DNA of 63,612 nucleotides, counting the filler, from Octopus bimaculoides (Eukaryota): the NCBI RefSeq assembly GCF_001194135.2. It is 7 parts of 7 records of this genome, joined end to end, with 100 filler letters (N's around TTAATTAATTAA, not from the genome) between each part and the next. Parts side by side here need not be neighbours in the genome. Positions count along the whole stretch, not along the records: positions 50,405 to 63,612 come from NC_069003.1; 6 more parts are not named here. One strand, 5' to 3'. Each line of letters opens with the position of its first letter. Within the stretch, counting starts at the first letter, position 1. Under the pieces are notes generated by a model. That model did not search any database, was not told the origin of the DNA, and saw nothing but the letters and a program-made list of their open reading frames with translations. This document shows positions 62,895 through 63,612 of this stretch, piece by piece. The position numbers were made by a program, and so were the translations under genes.

Positions 62895-63050
62895 GTGATG
62901 ATGACGACGACGACGAAGATGGCGATGACGATGGTGATGATGACGATAATGACGATGGTGATGATGGTGATGGTGCTGATGATGATGATGATGGTGCTGG
63001 TGCTGGTGCTGATGATGATGATAACGATGATGCTGGTGGTGATGAAGTAG
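62895..63050 (+). repeat. Degenerate (GAT/GAC/GGT)n trinucleotide tract
   Basis: Direct inspection. Confidence 0.9.
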
Positions 63051-63314
63051 TGGTGATACTGCTACTGTCTTAAGTGTTTTATTCCTCCGACCACCACCAT
63101 CAGCTCTGGCAACGAATACCACACCACCACCACCACCACCACCATCATCACTAGCAGCGCTGTCGCCGACCTCGTCGCAGCCATTGCTGACTGAGCCAAC
63201 GAAAGGGACTCCAATGTAGTCGTACCAATTTGCTAGAAATAGAAGTCAAACAATTGTCTAATCTCATCCTATTGCTTTAAAAACGAAACGCCGCATGGGG
63301 ATTATCTCCGATCT

Positions 63315-63490
63315 TTTTACTCGTTTCAGTCACTGGACTGCGGCCATGCTGGGGCACCACCTTGAAGCGTTTAGTCGAACAAATCGACAACAAGTACTAG
63401 TCTAGTTTTTATTCCATCGATCTCTTTTGTTTGAGCCTTAAACAAACCTACACCGGTTGTTAGGCGAGGGGACGAAGGTGCACAAGACAC
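63315..63490 (-). mobile_element. SINE family C 3' half, diverged
   Basis: rc of tail: TTTCAGTCACTGGACTGCGGCCATGCTGGGGCACC. Confidence 0.75.
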
Positions 63491-63578
63491 ACACATATAT
63501 AAGTACGCGCGCAAATATATATGTATATATGTGTGTGTGTGTATGTGTGTGTGTGTATGTGTGTGTGTGTATGTATGC

Positions 63579-63612
<34 letters not shown>

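Overview
AT-rich eukaryotic genomic DNA, about 17% N (~11 kb in 27 gaps, most flanked by microsatellites). The repeat repertoire (several tRNA-derived SINE families, dense (AT)/(GT)/(ATAC) microsatellites) points to an octopod cephalopod such as Octopus; this is inferred from repeat content only. No host protein-coding gene can be called confidently. The long ORFs in the track are N-runs or translated microsatellites, and only weak exon candidates exist on the minus strand (13859-14081, 914-947). Recognisable content: three abundant SINE families (A, B, C) with nested insertions and clear TSDs, two chimeric SINEs, a fragmented R4/Dong-type RLE LINE (55.1-58.8 kb), two L1/Tx1-like fragments, an RTE 3' remnant, Tc1/mariner fragments and MITEs, and three copies of a ~550-bp tRNA-less element sitting in (TTA)n. 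The most notable signal is about 11-12 minimal type I hammerhead-ribozyme motifs from at least 6 sequence families. All have palindromic stem III, the hallmark of Penelope-like elements and retrozymes. One family carries a shared non-canonical core (CUGUUGA), and four of these elements carry long inverted repeats (twin outward-facing ribozymes, or a hairpin that would sequester the catalytic core). None of these structures has been tested computationally or experimentally here.
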